Assembly: GCA_002633005.1 (NCBI GenBank)
Contig: NMRA01000157.1
Location: forward strand, 122,331-186,330
Direction: 5' to 3'
Length of the DNA: 64,000 nucleotides
From: Phoronis australis
Taxonomy: Eukaryota; Animalia; Phoronida
The first letter of the stretch is position 1, and every line of letters starts with the position of its first letter. Both the position numbers and the translations under genes were made by a program. This document shows positions 27,301 through 40,994 of the stretch, piece by piece. The notes below the pieces were generated by a model that saw only the letters and a program-made list of their open reading frames with translations, was not told the DNA's origin and made no database searches.

Positions 27301-29933
27301 TAAATATCTGGTCCACTGTATCGTAGATTTTGTGGGAGCCTGATTGGGATTCAAACGTTGACCATTATTTTCGGCTTAAGCATACAATGAATTATTTAGA
27401 TTTTTAGTGAATATCTTTCCAATGGTTTACAAAAGAAACTGCCTGTAAAGTTATTTCCGTCTTATACATTTCCATGTGTAAACAAGGGAATTGTCATCGC
27501 AATTACACTCTAATCTTTGGGGAAATAAGCTGACTGGAAAATTACATTAAGCAATTTGTTCACAATTGGTAGGCTGAATGTTTTGGTGCACTTCGGCGCT
27601 TCAGAAATAAGACCGGCTTTGCCACGCGGGAGCTTTTCAATGTTCTGGATAATTCCACAACAAGAGAAGTCCACATTCAAATCACGTGGGAGGTTTAGGG
27701 TTCATTTGTCGCAACATGCATCATAACTAGATTGATAATCAACAACAACATTCGAGAGCAAATTGGTATTAACCAGGCACTTCTTGATTTAATAACATCT
27801 AAAATAACCAGTAAGTAATGCATATGCATGGCCTCTTCAAGGGTTATTTACTAAACTTTATCATTTTCCAAAACTCGTTGGGGGTAGTTCCTGCCCTAAA
27901 AAATGTTTTCTAGCAACTGTAGGGATGGATGAGTGAGAAAGCGACTGAGAGACTATTTTTAACACTTTTGGAAAATTCTAATTCTTCATCCGATCATACA
28001 AGTTGACGTGGTTTCTTTCCTTTAAATTTACAAGTAACATTGGGACATTCCATTTGGTTGGAGAATACCGTGCAAACATTCCGTTACCTTTGTGACTGGT
28101 GGAGTTTACTGTGTAAGCCAACACTGCGTGCCAGCCGACTAGAACGACATCTTTCGCGAAAATGGGCTGGTGGTTGCTGAAACCACAAGCACTGGCTAAA
28201 TCAATGTATTCCACACAAGTTCGTATTTTTGACACCTGCAAGATCATAAGGCGATAAAAAAAACAACAAAACGAATCGCTATACTTACTCGACTTATTCC
28301 AGTATCATAGGTATACGACAAATGTCCGAGCCAAAGCATGCGCACTTATGCCCACACACGGATTTCTGCATGTCCTTCGTCATTTCACAGGGTCCCTTTT
28401 CCATTTAGGTTACGTTGTTACAGAGAGTAGGGCAGTCTGGGAGAACCAGTCTCGATACAGAAATATGTTGCAATATAAAATGTACATTTTCGTTGAGTGA
28501 GTTATTGCAAACGCACAGAAAGAAATAATAGACTAGACACATTTAGATAATCTAACAGTTCCAGTGTTGCAATTAGCCAATTGCGAGGCATGCGCTGATG
28601 ATAGTTTACAGTGAAGAGGCTTCGTGGCAACACAAACGTAGACGGGAACGCCAACACAATGATGACGATGTCGTGGCAGGACAGGGCCGCAGTTATTGTG
28701 AGGACAGACTAGAAAACACGAATACAGTATCGCCATCAAAGACGAAGAATGTATCCTTACAAATTACTACAAACGAAAACACTTTACCTTCTTTGATCGT
28801 CAAAAAACTAAATTTTGATTCCGGCCTCTTTATGCTATTCTCAATTTGCTCCTACATAGACGAGGACTTGGCTTCTGGTAGAACTGATAGTCGATACCAT
28901 GCTTGACAAATAAAATGATATATACGTCGTAACAAGTCAAATTATCGAGGCTGCTAGCAAATAGTAAATAACGATGTGTCAGTTCACAGTTCAAGACCAT
29001 GCACGGATCGTCTATAATCCGAGTACGGAACAAGTTAAGACCGGATTCAAAGCAGTAAGTTTTCCTAAAAGAAGCAATTTTTACAGAATGTGGAATTTAT
29101 AGCCGCTTTGACATCAATGCACTGTTGCATGGAACAGTCCAAAATAGGGACTCGACTAAGTCCCCTAAATCTACTGCGTATTTGGGTGGGCCCGTGAAAA
29201 CCCCGATTGTCCTTCCTTATGATGTTTGAGTGTCATTACTAAGTGCGTTTTTTTTTAGTACAAACTGAAAGTCAAGTCTACGTTGAATTATCATTATTAT
29301 TGATCTGTTGGTTAAAAGTATAATATCATGCAGAGGACAGAAGATGAATCCTTTACAAGGTCAACATATTCTCGAAGTTTATCACTTCTTCACCACAAAA
29401 CATGTCTCACGGAGTGCATCGTTTGTGGCTGTAAAATCCGTGATATCGAAATCGATTTCATTAATTGTTTCTTACCGTACTGCAAGTAAGAATCAAAGCC
29501 ACGAGTTCTTTGAATGTGAAGTTTGCCACTTCGGCACTGGCAAATTAAGGTTATATAAAAATTAGCATAACCCTCTGACCAAGAGTTGTTTCAGTCAACT
29601 GGTTGTATTCAAGAGAAGGAGATGAAGTCGAGGTCTTCAGTATTGGACACGGGCATTGGATTTTGTTGGTAAGTAACAAACCATATTTTTATAAAACCTG
29701 TCTTTGGTCTAAGGAATATCGAAACAATCCTCCACTGACTGCTATAACTTATAGTTTTAAGTGAAGTGTTACCGTGCTTAGCGTGAAAGTGAAAGTATCT
29801 TCACATTGTTTTGTTAAGTTTCTAAGGTTGTCTAAGAAGTTGAGTTATTCACTTGTAGCAGACCAACAGATTTATTCTTCAACCTGTGGTTAAAGCTTGT
29901 AGACTGAATATAAACAACTCAACAAAAGTGAGA

Positions 29934-30748
29934 AAATTTGCGTTTAATGAAATCATACTGCATACCAATGAAAAGCCCAGTTATTCCCCTTTCCAACGAC
30001 ACCACATTCTTTCAACAAATGTTTATTGTATTTAGAAACTTTGCTGCCGAAGAGGATTTGGTCTCAAAGTGAATGTTGCAAATTCGGTTGAAAATAAGTG
30101 TGTATTCAAGTTTAAGCATTCAGCTTTTTCAATAGCAATTACAGTGCTGGTTCCGTGGTAATAAAAACTTGTGACAATTTGACAACACTTAAACACGCTA
30201 TTCATTGAACAACTGACTGATAGACAACAGATTTTCTCGGTGTCGGGTTGACGAACCATTCGCAGTCACTGCAGCTGTTTGTTAGAATTTGTGTTTCAGT
30301 TTGGAGATAGCACGAGGACTCGCACTGAGTCGTGCTGCTGCCACATTCTGGGAAAGACCAGCATCAATTTGTTCATCCCTTCTCTGTATTAAACAAACGT
30401 GGCATACATGGAGCCAGAACACCAGATTTTCACATTTGAAGAAAGCTGCAAACTGGGCATTCCAAACACAGTTTGCATAATTGCGATTCATATTGAGTCT
30501 GCTAACAGCGGGAGTTCCATGCTATCAATCAGTGTCTCACAAATTTGGTGTTTACCCTCGGTGTTAATCACCAGCACATCACAGGTGGTGACACCGCTTG
30601 ACAAATTTGCAACATTCACTTGAGACCAAGCCCTCTTTGACAGCAAAGTTGAGCAGATCGAAAATCTATTGACAAAATGTGGTATTGTTGAAAAGGGGAA
30701 TGACTGAGGTTTCTATTGGTATGCATCATGATTTAAATAAACCAAATA
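29934..30748. mobile_element. MITE with long (about 150-bp) diverged inverted arms
   Basis: 29934-30085 is the imperfect reverse complement of 30602-30748. Confidence 0.65.
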
Positions 30749-31567
30749 AAATGAAAACACGAACGAGTGAACATAAATTTCCAAGTTCTGTTGACAGACG
30801 TGTTTATATCAATAGTATGTAATTGCACACCTTTTATTGAAGATAAGCGTGTTTTGTTTTCCTTTGAAATAAGAAATAAAACGGACGAATTTCTAAATAA
30901 TCTCGTTCTCAACTTTCAACTGTAGAAGACTGAGATTCAGCGAGGTTCTACATCTGTAGGTTATGTGGGACCCTTAAAAATCAAGTTAACAAATTTGGTG
31001 GCAAACTTCGGAAAACCAACTTTCAAAAATGGCTGATCGCATTCGTATGAAACTTTAAGGTACCAGAACTTATGCTCTGTTCTCCAAAACACTGTTAGGA
31101 ATTGCTTTTGAAGTGCTCCATTTTTGCAGGATGGCTATCAAAATATAGGACTCCTATGATTTCATGAAAAAAAGTTTTAAAATATATCAAACGAAAATAT
31201 GTAATTTACAAAACCGTGACAGTTTTGTTTAGGAAATCTCGTAAAAATTTTGACCAGTGGAATTTGGTCATGTTGCTATGGATGTACCTTTCGTTTTGCC
31301 AAATTTTACTAAGAAGAGACAGTCACGTGGCCCTGTTTAAATAGCAGTTCGGTGTAAAGTCAAACATCAAGTTCTACAGACTTTTTACTTTCAGAAAATA
31401 ACATACTTTTGCTGTGTTAAAATTTATAGTTTAGCATCTGGCTAAATACACAGACTGGTGAATGAAGCTCTTCACTTGTTTCAAAATGTGTTGTCAATGA
31501 GGAATGTATACGCCAGAAAGTCCAAATAAATAACTCCAAATTTAATAAAAAGGTGAATTCAAACATA

Positions 31568-32200
31568 ACAGACAAGGTTTCTGTCTCCACGCCAAAAATG
31601 AGTGCCCTGAGCGGCATAAGGTCGCCGTTGGGGTCAACTTCCTAAAGAGGGCGTATTCGGTGTCGTCCAACTGGCTATTCAGTGTTCAATCAAGAGGTAG
31701 ATCGCATAAGACAAACACTGGTGAATAATGGGTATACCAATGCTTTTGTGGATTTCCATATTAAGTGATTTGTGTCCAGAATTAGCCATGAAGTCCCTGT
31801 TCGTCGGACTGGTGTCACCAAAAAGATATTTTACAAAAATGTCATGTCTAATAATTACCTCCAGGACGAACACGCCATTAAGAAAATTATAAGGGACATT
31901 GTTAAAGTTTGTAAGCCTGATGATCACCTCGCTGTTATTATTTATTATCGGAATAGGAAGTCCTCCAACTTGGTCATGAAAAATAACATTTCTAAAGCGA
32001 AAGTCCGCCCCGTTGCGCAGTGTAGTGTTGTTTATGAGTTTGTATGCCCTATGAACGAATGTCTTCGTTCAAACGTCAAACAATGTTACATTGGTCAAAC
32101 GGTTTGCAGTCTTTTCCGTCGGTTATCCATGCATCTTCAAAATGGCGCCATTCAAGATCATTTTCTGCAATGCCACGCACGTAAAATCACCCCTCGGGCG
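31568..32200 (+). pseudogene. Penelope-like retroelement fragment (RT thumb plus GIY-YIG endonuclease)
   Basis: GFCLHAKNECPERHK...FLKRAYSVSSNW...EVDRIRQTLVNNGY, followed by VVYEFVCP...YIGQT...LFRRLSMH (ORF 31772-32230). Contains a frameshift and a stop. Confidence 0.85.
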
Positions 32201-32487
32201 ATAATTCTCCAAAATCCACTCGGGTTCTAGATAACGGGGGATAACGACTTCGCCATGTAATAATCTATATTTATATTTATGTTTAATCCACTGGGTTCAA
32301 ATAAGTTAAGCTTAACTATCCAAAGTTGTTCTCTTTTGAGTCTGTGAGGGTTACTGGGGGTATTGGAGTTTTTCTGTTATTTGGACAGAAAGATCTTGTA
32401 GATTATGATTTTTGGAATTGAAATGATGTTTTGAGGACCGACGATAACATGTAAGGCGTATGGATTTCTACTTTGCACTACTTCGTG

Positions 32488-34560
32488 GTTATTTTAATGT
32501 TAAGAGAGGCCTTCGTCAAGAGGACCCCTTAACAGCGCAGTAGTGGGGCTAGGCGCACGTAGGTGCAACCAACCACCTTTTGGCATTTGAACGTAGCTCC
32601 TACGCACCGTAAGTTAGGTTCAGTGCTCAAGGTGATACGGTGGGCTTTGGGCGCCTACTTACCACTACAGCACTGCCCCTTAAGTAGTCAACTGTTAATA
32701 CTATGTGGAGCTCATGAGTCATTACATTAGAAATAACCCCTTAATGAAAGGATTGTGTATTGATAGACATGAAGTCAAAATAGCCCAGTATGCTGATGAT
32801 ACAATTTTATTTATTCAGGATGAAATGTTCGGAACAGAATGCTTTAAATTTCTCACAAGATTTGGTGACGTGTCTGGTCTTAAATTAATTAGAAAATGCG
32901 AAGGAATGTTTTTAGGCCACCAGTCTGAACTTAAAAGAAAATGTATGATATAAATTGGCCAAAAAGAAACAATAAATGTCTGGGCGTTTACTTCGGTAAA
33001 TATGAAAAAGAAAAAAATAGACAAAATTTTGAAGAAAAATTTTTGTAACTTAGGAGAAAAAGAAAATTAACAATTAAGGGAAGAATTGTCATAAGTAAAG
33101 CTTTTGCGCTATCCAAATTGATTCATGTTATATCTGTCCTTGGATTGGCAAGGGATTTGTGCAAACGAATACACAAAATTTTAAATGATTTTACTTAGGT
33201 AGGGAAACAACCTAAAATAAAGAAAAGCGTTGCAATAGCCTCTTATAAAGATGGTGGTTTAAAAGTCCCTGACATGACCCTTATAAAGGAAGGTCTTTTA
33301 GTCAACCGGGTTAAAAAACTCAAGTCTCCTGAAAGTGGAAGTTGGGAGTTTTATACACAATATATCCTCAAGAGTTATGGTGGTGAGCTGTTGTGGTTAT
33401 GTAATTTTAAAGTAAGCAAACCGTTTACAACGGTAAATGATGTTTTTTATAGAGAGGTTTTGTAGGAGTATGAGCAGTTGAATCATAATGCTTTTAAAGA
33501 TGTGCATGTTTGTGATCAGATTTTATGGCATAACAGAGATATTAACACTTAATAATAAGTCGCTATATTGTAAAGAGTTCTCTAGGAATGGGCTATGTTT
33601 CATCAATGACTTACTTGATGCTGAAAATAAGCTTTTATCGTGGGAGGTGCTCAAGGCAAAATAAAACTTGAAAGATTTTCAAATTCTGAGTTTTAATTCA
33701 ATATGTATTATTTTATCTAGAAAAATTGATCAAGGTCATCAGCGATTGGTTGGTTGCAGCAATAAAATTTGCTTAGATTACAATAAAATTGCAAAAGAAA
33801 AAATCAAGAATATTTTGCAATAAAAGTATTACAAAAAAAACACAGAAAATTATGAAAAATTGTTGCAGCATTACTCAAAACAAGATATTCAAAAAATTAT
33901 TCCTTGCCTTTTACACTTCCCCTAGATCCATTCATTAAATCTTTTAAGTATATGTTGTTACATAACAGAGTGTATACTAACTCTTTGTTATATAAGATGA
34001 AGATTGTTACTTCAGATAAATGTCCCTACTGTAATCTAGAATACTGAACACATGATTTCCATTGTGACGTAGTGCAAAGATTGTTGATTAAAGTTCAGGA
34101 TATTTTGATGTCTTCCCTTAAGGAAGATATCACAATAACCAAGAATGAATTCATGTTTTGCCATTTAAGTTCTGAATTCTCTATGTTGATTAATTATGGT
34201 ATCACTGTCGCCTAATATTTGATTAATTTACATAGCCAAAAGCAGTTGCATCCCGATTGGTCTGCCTTTAAGTTATTCATGTGAAAATATGTAAAATTAC
34301 AACATTTAATTTTCAAAAACAAAAGAACCGGACAACATTAATATTAGAATATGGGAAAGCCTCAGTGCTGCCATGCAATGGATCTGTAATATATTAAATT
34401 CATATATTGTTTCATGATATTATTATTAAATGATGAAGTGTGTGAATGAGTGTACGAGTGTGCGTGTGTGAGTGAAAGTCCTTACCCCTTTTCCTTGTTA
34501 ACCCTTTAAAAATTATAAAAAATATAAGTGTATACTGTTGAAGAATAAAATTATGAAAAA
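32488..34560 (+). pseudogene. 5'-truncated, decayed L1/Tx1-clade LINE ORF2 (RT plus C-terminal zinc finger)
   Basis: GYFNVKRGLRQEDPLS, IAQYADDT, GGLKVPD and SDKCPYC motifs, many stops and frameshifts, A-rich 3' end. Confidence 0.85.
32533..32675. mobile_element. 143-bp hAT-like MITE inserted in the LINE RT
   Basis: Perfect 8-bp TSD CCCCTTAA and imperfect TIRs CAGCGCAGTAGTGG / CCACTACAGCACTG. Removing it restores DPLSSQL. Confidence 0.85.
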
Positions 34561-34625
34561 TGTAATTTCCTCCTGTAATATCAAAAAAAATTACGTACTC
34601 GATGTAATGAACCACTCGTGTCGTA

Positions 34626-34946
34626 CACATAGTGTACCTAATTATCGGACGGAACCTAAATATCGGACATTTCAAAAAATCTTACTTGAAGCATAATCTG
34701 AGAATCAAAGGACACCAATTGTTGTTCCGTTGTAATGCATTCAATGTCCGGCACCGTCTCCTTTTTTACAGAGTTGCCTCGTTTTGATTTCACCGAGAGA
34801 GGGTGTAATTTAGACCTCCAAGTCGGCCTAAAATGGACAATCGCATAAATCGGTTATAAAAGTTGAAAATAAAATCTTTTTCCACAATGAAACTTTCTCA
34901 TTGAACTGACAATATGTTACTGTTCCATTTTTTCATTTGTTTTTAA
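34626..34946 (+). mobile_element. Partial copy of the TA-flanked MITE at 41795-42619
   Basis: Near-identical to 41795-42116 and interrupted at an internal TTAA by the Kolobok-type element. Confidence 0.85.
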
Positions 34947-35613
34947 AGTCCTTCTTGCAAACTGCCCATGTGGTTCCAGTATCCGAAAATACTTACTACA
35001 TAAATTCTTATTTTCGACACCCTTTCTTTATATTCTTTTCGCCTTTCTTGCCAAAAGCGATTTTTTAACAATATTTGACCCTTCTCTCTGAGCGTATGAT
35101 TACCGGTTGTCATCGGTTATTTCCGTACCCACAATTCCGGCTCATCAGTTCAGGAACTTGTCCTGAACGCCGCCATTTTTTCCTTGTAACTGAATGTGCT
35201 ATGGCTTGCTCGAAAAGTCTTCATTATTTTGTTTTATTAGTAATATATCGTGANCCGCGGCAGTGTGACACAGGACTAACCAGCCCGTAATTTCATGCAG
35301 GTGTCTGAAACTACCCTTGAATATATGCAGCATTTATGATTTGACCATTTTACTTCGACAAAGCAGCTTGCAACCGCATGCATTTACCGTTCGCCAGTGT
35401 CGGCTGGTCTCGATCCGCACCGGGTCCGATAGGCTGCGGTCCCGAGTCTGGCAAAATAATTTCTGTCAAAATTTATTCGCCACATTTCTTCATCAAATTC
35501 GATAAAATTGTCCGTAGTTTGATTTTATTAAAATTAAGGCGCGCTGTCGATTATTTTATCCCCGTTTGCAAGCTGGTAACAGGCACTAGTCCATCCACAC
35601 TGACGGCGTTTTC
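34947..35613 (+). mobile_element. Kolobok-type non-autonomous element, partial copy
   Basis: Starts TTAA|AGTCCTTCT and matches 52134-52439 and 53239-53599. About 800 bp is missing exactly at the single N (35254). Confidence 0.8.
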
Positions 35614-36530
35614 TTAGCGTCTAGCCTGCCTCCCGTTCAGTAACGCTAGGACCTCGCTAAAAAGCAAGACTTCGCGAAATTACGTGAGATATTTTCGTAA
35701 TAATGTCAAACTATAAAATGTGAAATAAAGTTCAAAACATTACTAATCATCATTATAACAAAAAACGCATTTTAATTAGAACTCACCCTAAGGATATAAT
35801 AGAAACTTGTTCTCCGGTTGATGGTTCTGATGCATGCCCATGTAAATAATAAAGGTGATGTTTTAAAAGTATTAGTAACATGACTTCAGTGGCCATTTGC
35901 ATAAAACATTACCAAGTGTATATTTAATCCCCAGAGCACCTTAGGAATTCTTTAATATGAGTATTTTTGCGTCTTGAATTTTCCAAAGGCTAAGCATTTC
36001 TTTACAAACACGGGGCAGCAACAAGAAATAATATCATTCTATTTTACATTTACATTTTGTTTTATTCACATTTTACATTGTGGTTCAACTGTCTGATTTT
36101 AAAAAGTTGAATTCTATTAACAATAACTAGGTGACATTGTAAACTATAACTTTTTGCAAATACTTTTGAAATTGCAAAAACCCAGTGCATCTAGTTTAAA
36201 TCTGTAGCAACTACTTTACTTAATTTTAAAGCCATCTTTGTAATATTTAATCAAGGTTCTTAGTTGTGAGATACATTTTATCTCCTGCACGTTTAAAAAG
36301 TAAAAATAAGATCTAAGGTTATTTTTATTGACTGAAAAATTGTTATTTCATATGTGTGACGGACGTACGTGACGGATGTACGTGACGGACGTACAAATTT
36401 GCCGTACGTCTGTTACGCAATTTCTAAATAATCCCTGGGATCTAAAATTTTGGTCAATAGTATTGAATAACAAGTTAAAAGAGAATCTGAAATTATTGTA
36501 ATTTTGAATGACAACTTTCAACGTAACTAA

Positions 36531-36763
36531 TAATAAAAAATAATTGCAGGCGGTCTGGTACACGTTGTACCATGTCCGCATGTGGGCCCATTGCACTGAT
36601 CACCTGGAAATATTTTTTTTTGCTTTATTAATATATAGTTAAAACCGAGCTGAGGAGCTAGAAACCTGACTCACGGGTCTAGCAGTGTGGCCCAGTGGGA
36701 CTCGAACCCACGATCTCGAGTAAAGAAGGCGGGCACCATCACACTAAGCCACACTGCCTCTTC
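36531..36763 (-). mobile_element. tRNA-derived SINE
   Basis: Minus-strand head with A box (TGGCTTAGTG) and B box (GGTTCGAGTCC), a T/TTA-rich tail, and a 13-bp TSD TCAACGTAACTAA (36518-36530, 36764-36776). Confidence 0.85.
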
Positions 36764-37849
36764 TCAACGTAACTAAACTTTTTAGCACTTTTTGTGACAG
36801 ACGTATGGCGCAATGATATCCAGGAGTTGGCCTTTGACCCCAAGAGGTCGAGGATGTGCCGAAGTTGAAATGTAATTTTTTATAAAGTTTGGACTTCATG
36901 TGATTGCACAAATTTGATAATATAATGAAATACCCACAATTGGCTTATTTATGACAATATCTAGCAACACACATAAAAATCGAGCTAATTTTTTAGGGTC
37001 AAGCGACCCCCAAAATGAGTCCATTTAGGCAAAAAATTGAAAGTTATAGGACAGTCAAACATGGGTCCTGAAACTAGAGAGAATGGGCTTTCAGATGAGA
37101 CCAGTTATGTTTGTATAGTCACAATTTAAATTTTTTTGTCTCCAAGTTGACCTTTTCACGGAATTGCTCTACTACGTAAATTGTAAAGATTTTGAATTAT
37201 TTGTTTGTTTAGTAGGATGTCATTTTGACGCTTTAGAGCCCAAGGAAATAAAACTAAAATGTCAGAATTAAAAACAGCAATAACAATATTACTCCATATC
37301 TACATAGTGCAGTAAATTACCAAGAATTTCAAAAATTGTGTCCTGGTTATGGATTCGGTCAATCTTAATCCTTTTCAACTCCCCGCCGAGAGCATACGAT
37401 CGGTGCAACCGTTGTCGGACCACACTTATTAATTCAAACACATAAATTTGTAAAAAATCAAGTGCTAAATGGTTTCCCTAGTTACCTGAATAAAAAATTC
37501 AAGGGCTGCAAAATTTTCGAAAATGCAGCGTGTCTGTACATTTTTATTCCTATCTGTGGGTCCAAATCGCGTCATAGTAGTCATCACAAAACATGCGAAT
37601 TGGGATCAAATGTACAAAAACAATTCCTCCATAGATGTCAATATTTTTAGAATTAGTGTAATCGTTACCAGCCACTTTCATGAAAATTTGTGTACCCGAC
37701 ATGCACAAGACTTGGGACACCATCAAATCGCTTCCCAATTCTTACCCACGCCACTCATTCTAACCACGCGCCACGTTGCTGTTGCTGAACAATGCACCTG
37801 ACAGCATGCAACAATCAAACTTTTCCAGCGGATAATTTTGACGTGTTAT

Positions 37850-39240
37850 GCAACCCAACCCAGGAGTAGAAGCAATGGTATATTCGACAACACAAAAGAA
37901 ACAGCAGATATATTTAATACAACATCAGCATTGGTCCAGCACCTCCTTCTGCATATGTCTAATATCATCAGTTCATCCTACCTTTTCCAAGGAGCCATCA
38001 AAGTAGATATATCATCATTATGAGAAAAAATTATTGACAGCAACTTAATTAATCCCTGCCTTAGTGTTTCCAACCCAGTTAAAAAGTAAAAGAATAAAGC
38101 AGTCATTATATACGTGACTCATCGAAAACATTAACAACTATACCTGTATACAGTGGCGGATTTGGGGGGGGGGCAAGGGGGCCACGGCCCCCCTAAAATT
38201 CTCCCAGATACCATTTTGGGAGGAGTTCGAATGCACAATGCATAGGCCTTGAACAAACCCCGTTTACCATTTTCTTTTTTTTAGTAATGAGGTCCCAAAC
38301 CCAAATATTCGACACCCCTGCAACCTTACATTTTTGGGTGTGTGCGCGCATGTGGCAAAATCGTGGTTATTCCTGTGCCCTGGACCCCCCTAACTCAAAA
38401 TCCTGGATCCACCCCTGGTATATAAAAACAACGACTTAAAGATATAAGACCTAATTAGTTACAGACCTGTCTCCGTGTTGCTGTTTTCTCCAGAAGTCGT
38501 CTGTAACCATTTTTGTTCTCTTACTTAACAAACAGACACCTTCTTTACCATTCGTTTATGACTTTAGACAAAACTACTCCAAAAACTTTGAGGAACATAA
38601 ACTTTACCTACTATATCGACTCAAACAGGTACCAAAACTATTTTCAAAATGGGAAACAGTCTGTCTCTAACGAAAACTGATTTCAAATTTTCATCACTAT
38701 GTATTACAAACGATGTGCCTCAGGTTCTATCCTTGACCTTCTTCTTTTGTTCCTTTGCGTTAATTATTTTTGTTTTTGTACAAACCATGACCTTCTTGTT
38801 TATGCTGCTGATACTTGCACCATCTCTCCTTTCAAATTTTCCAAGAACCTACGCGACGACAACATCAATGCCAAGTTCTCTGAAGTTAACGACTGGTTCA
38901 TAGTAAACAGACTATCACACGTGATTGTCCAGTATCCTCAGACAGATATAAAACTAACCCTGTCAAATTTCAACAAGCAAAATGATGAACAACGCTCTGA
39001 TCTACTAGTCCACATTTGACTTTTAAAAGTAACCATACATCAATGATATGGAATACACACGTTCAAGAAATAGGAAATAAAATATCAAAATTGGTGAGGT
39101 TAAATAAAAAATGTCCCTTTTACCAGAGTACACTGTAAACTTGCTTTATAAAACGTCGACTGTTCCCTACATATTCTAAGTTATCTCATCCCGTGGTTGC
39201 AATAATGCTTCTTACAATATTGATCTTCCATTGGCAAACG
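37850..39240 (+). pseudogene. Heavily decayed CR1/L2-type LINE RT relic
   Basis: Remnants of the motifs A-x-x-FN, YRPVSVL, VPQG-SIL, LVYAADT (degenerate YADD) and DWFIVNRLS, spread over shifting frames. Confidence 0.6.
38151..38417. mobile_element. Short GC-rich-ended MITE (CAGTGGCGGAT...ATCCACCCCTG)
   Basis: Imperfect TIRs, GTATA on both flanks, and a related partial copy at about 42960-43080. Confidence 0.7.
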
Positions 39241-39589
39241 AATTAGCAGATTGGGATTGGTTGTATTCTCTTTCCCTTTCCTTCCCTTTATCCGCTCCTT
39301 CCCATACGAACATATGGANTCCCTCTTTCCCTCCCCTTCTCCCTCCTTCCCTCCCTCCTTCTCCTTCAACGTTTAATGGTTTCATAGGAAAATTTATCAT
39401 CGATCAGTCAATTTGTACCTGTCGTGTTGTATTTTAAGAAGGTCGCAAGTGATTTTTCTTGGAAAAGCGCATAATTTCATACATATGGGTAAATAAAAGG
39501 AAAATTTGCAATCAAATTCCGCACCATGCATCATACATGGCGTACATGGCTTTCAGTCTGTAGAAGATCACATGCAAAAATCCTTTCCT

Positions 39590-40288
39590 TTAAAACAGCA
39601 ACAATGCTTCTTCCATGCTGTCGAAGTACTTTGAATGAACAAGAAATCGACATAATTTATTAATAGCCCCACATCTTGATTCGTCTGACGTCATAGCAAG
39701 GAGAACCGGGTGTAGATATGTAGGTTTTTCATACAGCATTTCTGTCGTAGTTTTCGGTCCTAGGGTCACCATCCCGACATCGTAGCCTTTAGCATTTGAT
39801 AACATATGACCGTATGCTGTTTTCAACTTGTCTGTGCGCCTAATCAAATCGAAGTAATAGGCAGCCACGTGTGCTTTGGGCTCAATCTTTAACTCATCGG
39901 AAGAAAGATTTATGCCACAGTGGAGCTTTGCATTTATGACACCAGCATCATTGCCGTACGCTTCTTCAAGTAATGTACCCATTTTAGTACCTGAAGGACG
40001 TGGATTGATTTCGATTAACCTTGGCCAGGCGTTACCTTTGTCACGGATAAGTTCGACGTTGTACACCCCGTGGCGAAGACCGACGGCTAGAGAGCACTGA
40101 TACGAAGCTTCAACCAATTTCTCGTTCATCTTTTCTGAATCGCCACCAGGAATGGTGACAGAAGTGTTCCAAAAATCCGGTAGTGGGGGAGGGCCTCTCT
40201 TAACAATGAAGCCGCCAACAAGTTTTCCGCGGGAAATCACCACGTCAACTGAATATTTGACACCTTTCAGGTATTCCATCACAAGCAC
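39590..40288 (-). CDS. ATP-grasp ligase (carnosine synthase 1-like), last coding exon
   Basis: Acceptor ttttcag|GTG. Encodes VLVMEYLKG, GVYNVEL and PRLIEINPR (ATP-grasp C-domain) and ends in a TAA stop. Confidence 0.9.
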   Translation of the reverse strand: MLVMEYLKGVKYSVDVVISRGKLVGGFIVKRGPPPLPDFWNTSVTIPGGDSEKMNEKLVEASYQCSLAVGLRHGVYNVELIRDKGNAWPRLIEINPRPSGTKMGTLLEEAYGNDAGVINAKLHCGINLSSDELKIEPKAHVAAYYFDLIRRTDKLKTAYGHMLSNAKGYDVGMVTLGPKTTTEMLYEKPTYLHPVLLAMTSDESRCGAINKLCRFLVHSKYFDSMEEALLLF

Positions 40289-40775
40289 CTGAAAAATAAA
40301 GAGTACCTTTGGTGAGCGACTCGATATTCGCTAAGTAGTACCAATGAAGAAAGGTACCTCGGTTAACATCCGGACAGTTTAGGGCAAAAGCATGAGAGCT
40401 TTTGTGTTGCCGTGTCTCGTGCGATTATCAGAATACTTGTATTTCTATGGGCATGACTCTTTCCTCGAATAGGACCATCTAGCGAATTTCGACTTTCCCA
40501 TTTTGAGCTCATTGAGCTGCATAAAAATTGCTTTTGCCGCAAACTGAGGTTAATTACGCAAAAATTTCTCAACAAAAATTTTCCAAATTTTGAAACCACC
40601 AGGAAGTTCGTTTGTGACTTATTAGCTGAGTGCCTGGAGTTTGAGAGGTATGAATGCCTATGAAAACAGTGAGAAACAAAACGTGTTTACACGGAATTAC
40701 CTTTCTGCTGTTGCTACAGAGAGTTTGCTTATAATACCTTCTGTCCACCCTAAAGCACTAAAAATCAAATCTTAC

Positions 40776-40994
40776 CGAATGAGTGTGTGTCAGTTTTTCA
40801 AGCACAGGTGTCCCAGATTGCATACCAGTGACAAGTTCACCAAAGTAATTTAAACAGCTGTCCATGTCGTAGAGAACCTTGCAGCCATTAGAACCTCTTC
40901 CACAAAGAGGCTTCATGACAACAGGAAACGTTAATTTGGCTAACGCTACCACTAGTTCTTTCTCGGTGCTAACAGAGTAGCTAGGCACGCCATA
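40776..40994 (-). CDS. ATP-grasp ligase, internal exon
   Basis: ttttacag|TAT ... TCG|gtaag, 219 nt, phase 0/0. Encodes FPVVMKPLCGRGSNGCK (ATP-grasp B-domain loop). Confidence 0.88.

Noticed and set aside
28088-28345. Possible minus-strand exon and GCATGCGC promoter motif
   Set aside because: Splice-like signals are present, but there is no recognisable protein and no linked exons.
31766-31768. In-frame TGA in the Penelope-like ORF as selenocysteine
   Set aside because: The context IK*FV fits a CGA-to-TGA (CpG) mutation in a decayed copy. It is not an obvious Cys position and I recognised no SECIS.
35254-35254. 800-bp internal deletion variant of the Kolobok-type element
   Set aside because: The deletion coincides with an N, so it is probably a scaffolding artefact.
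36680-36760. Functional tRNA gene
   Set aside because: The cloverleaf is poor, and the sequence is the head of a TSD-flanked SINE.
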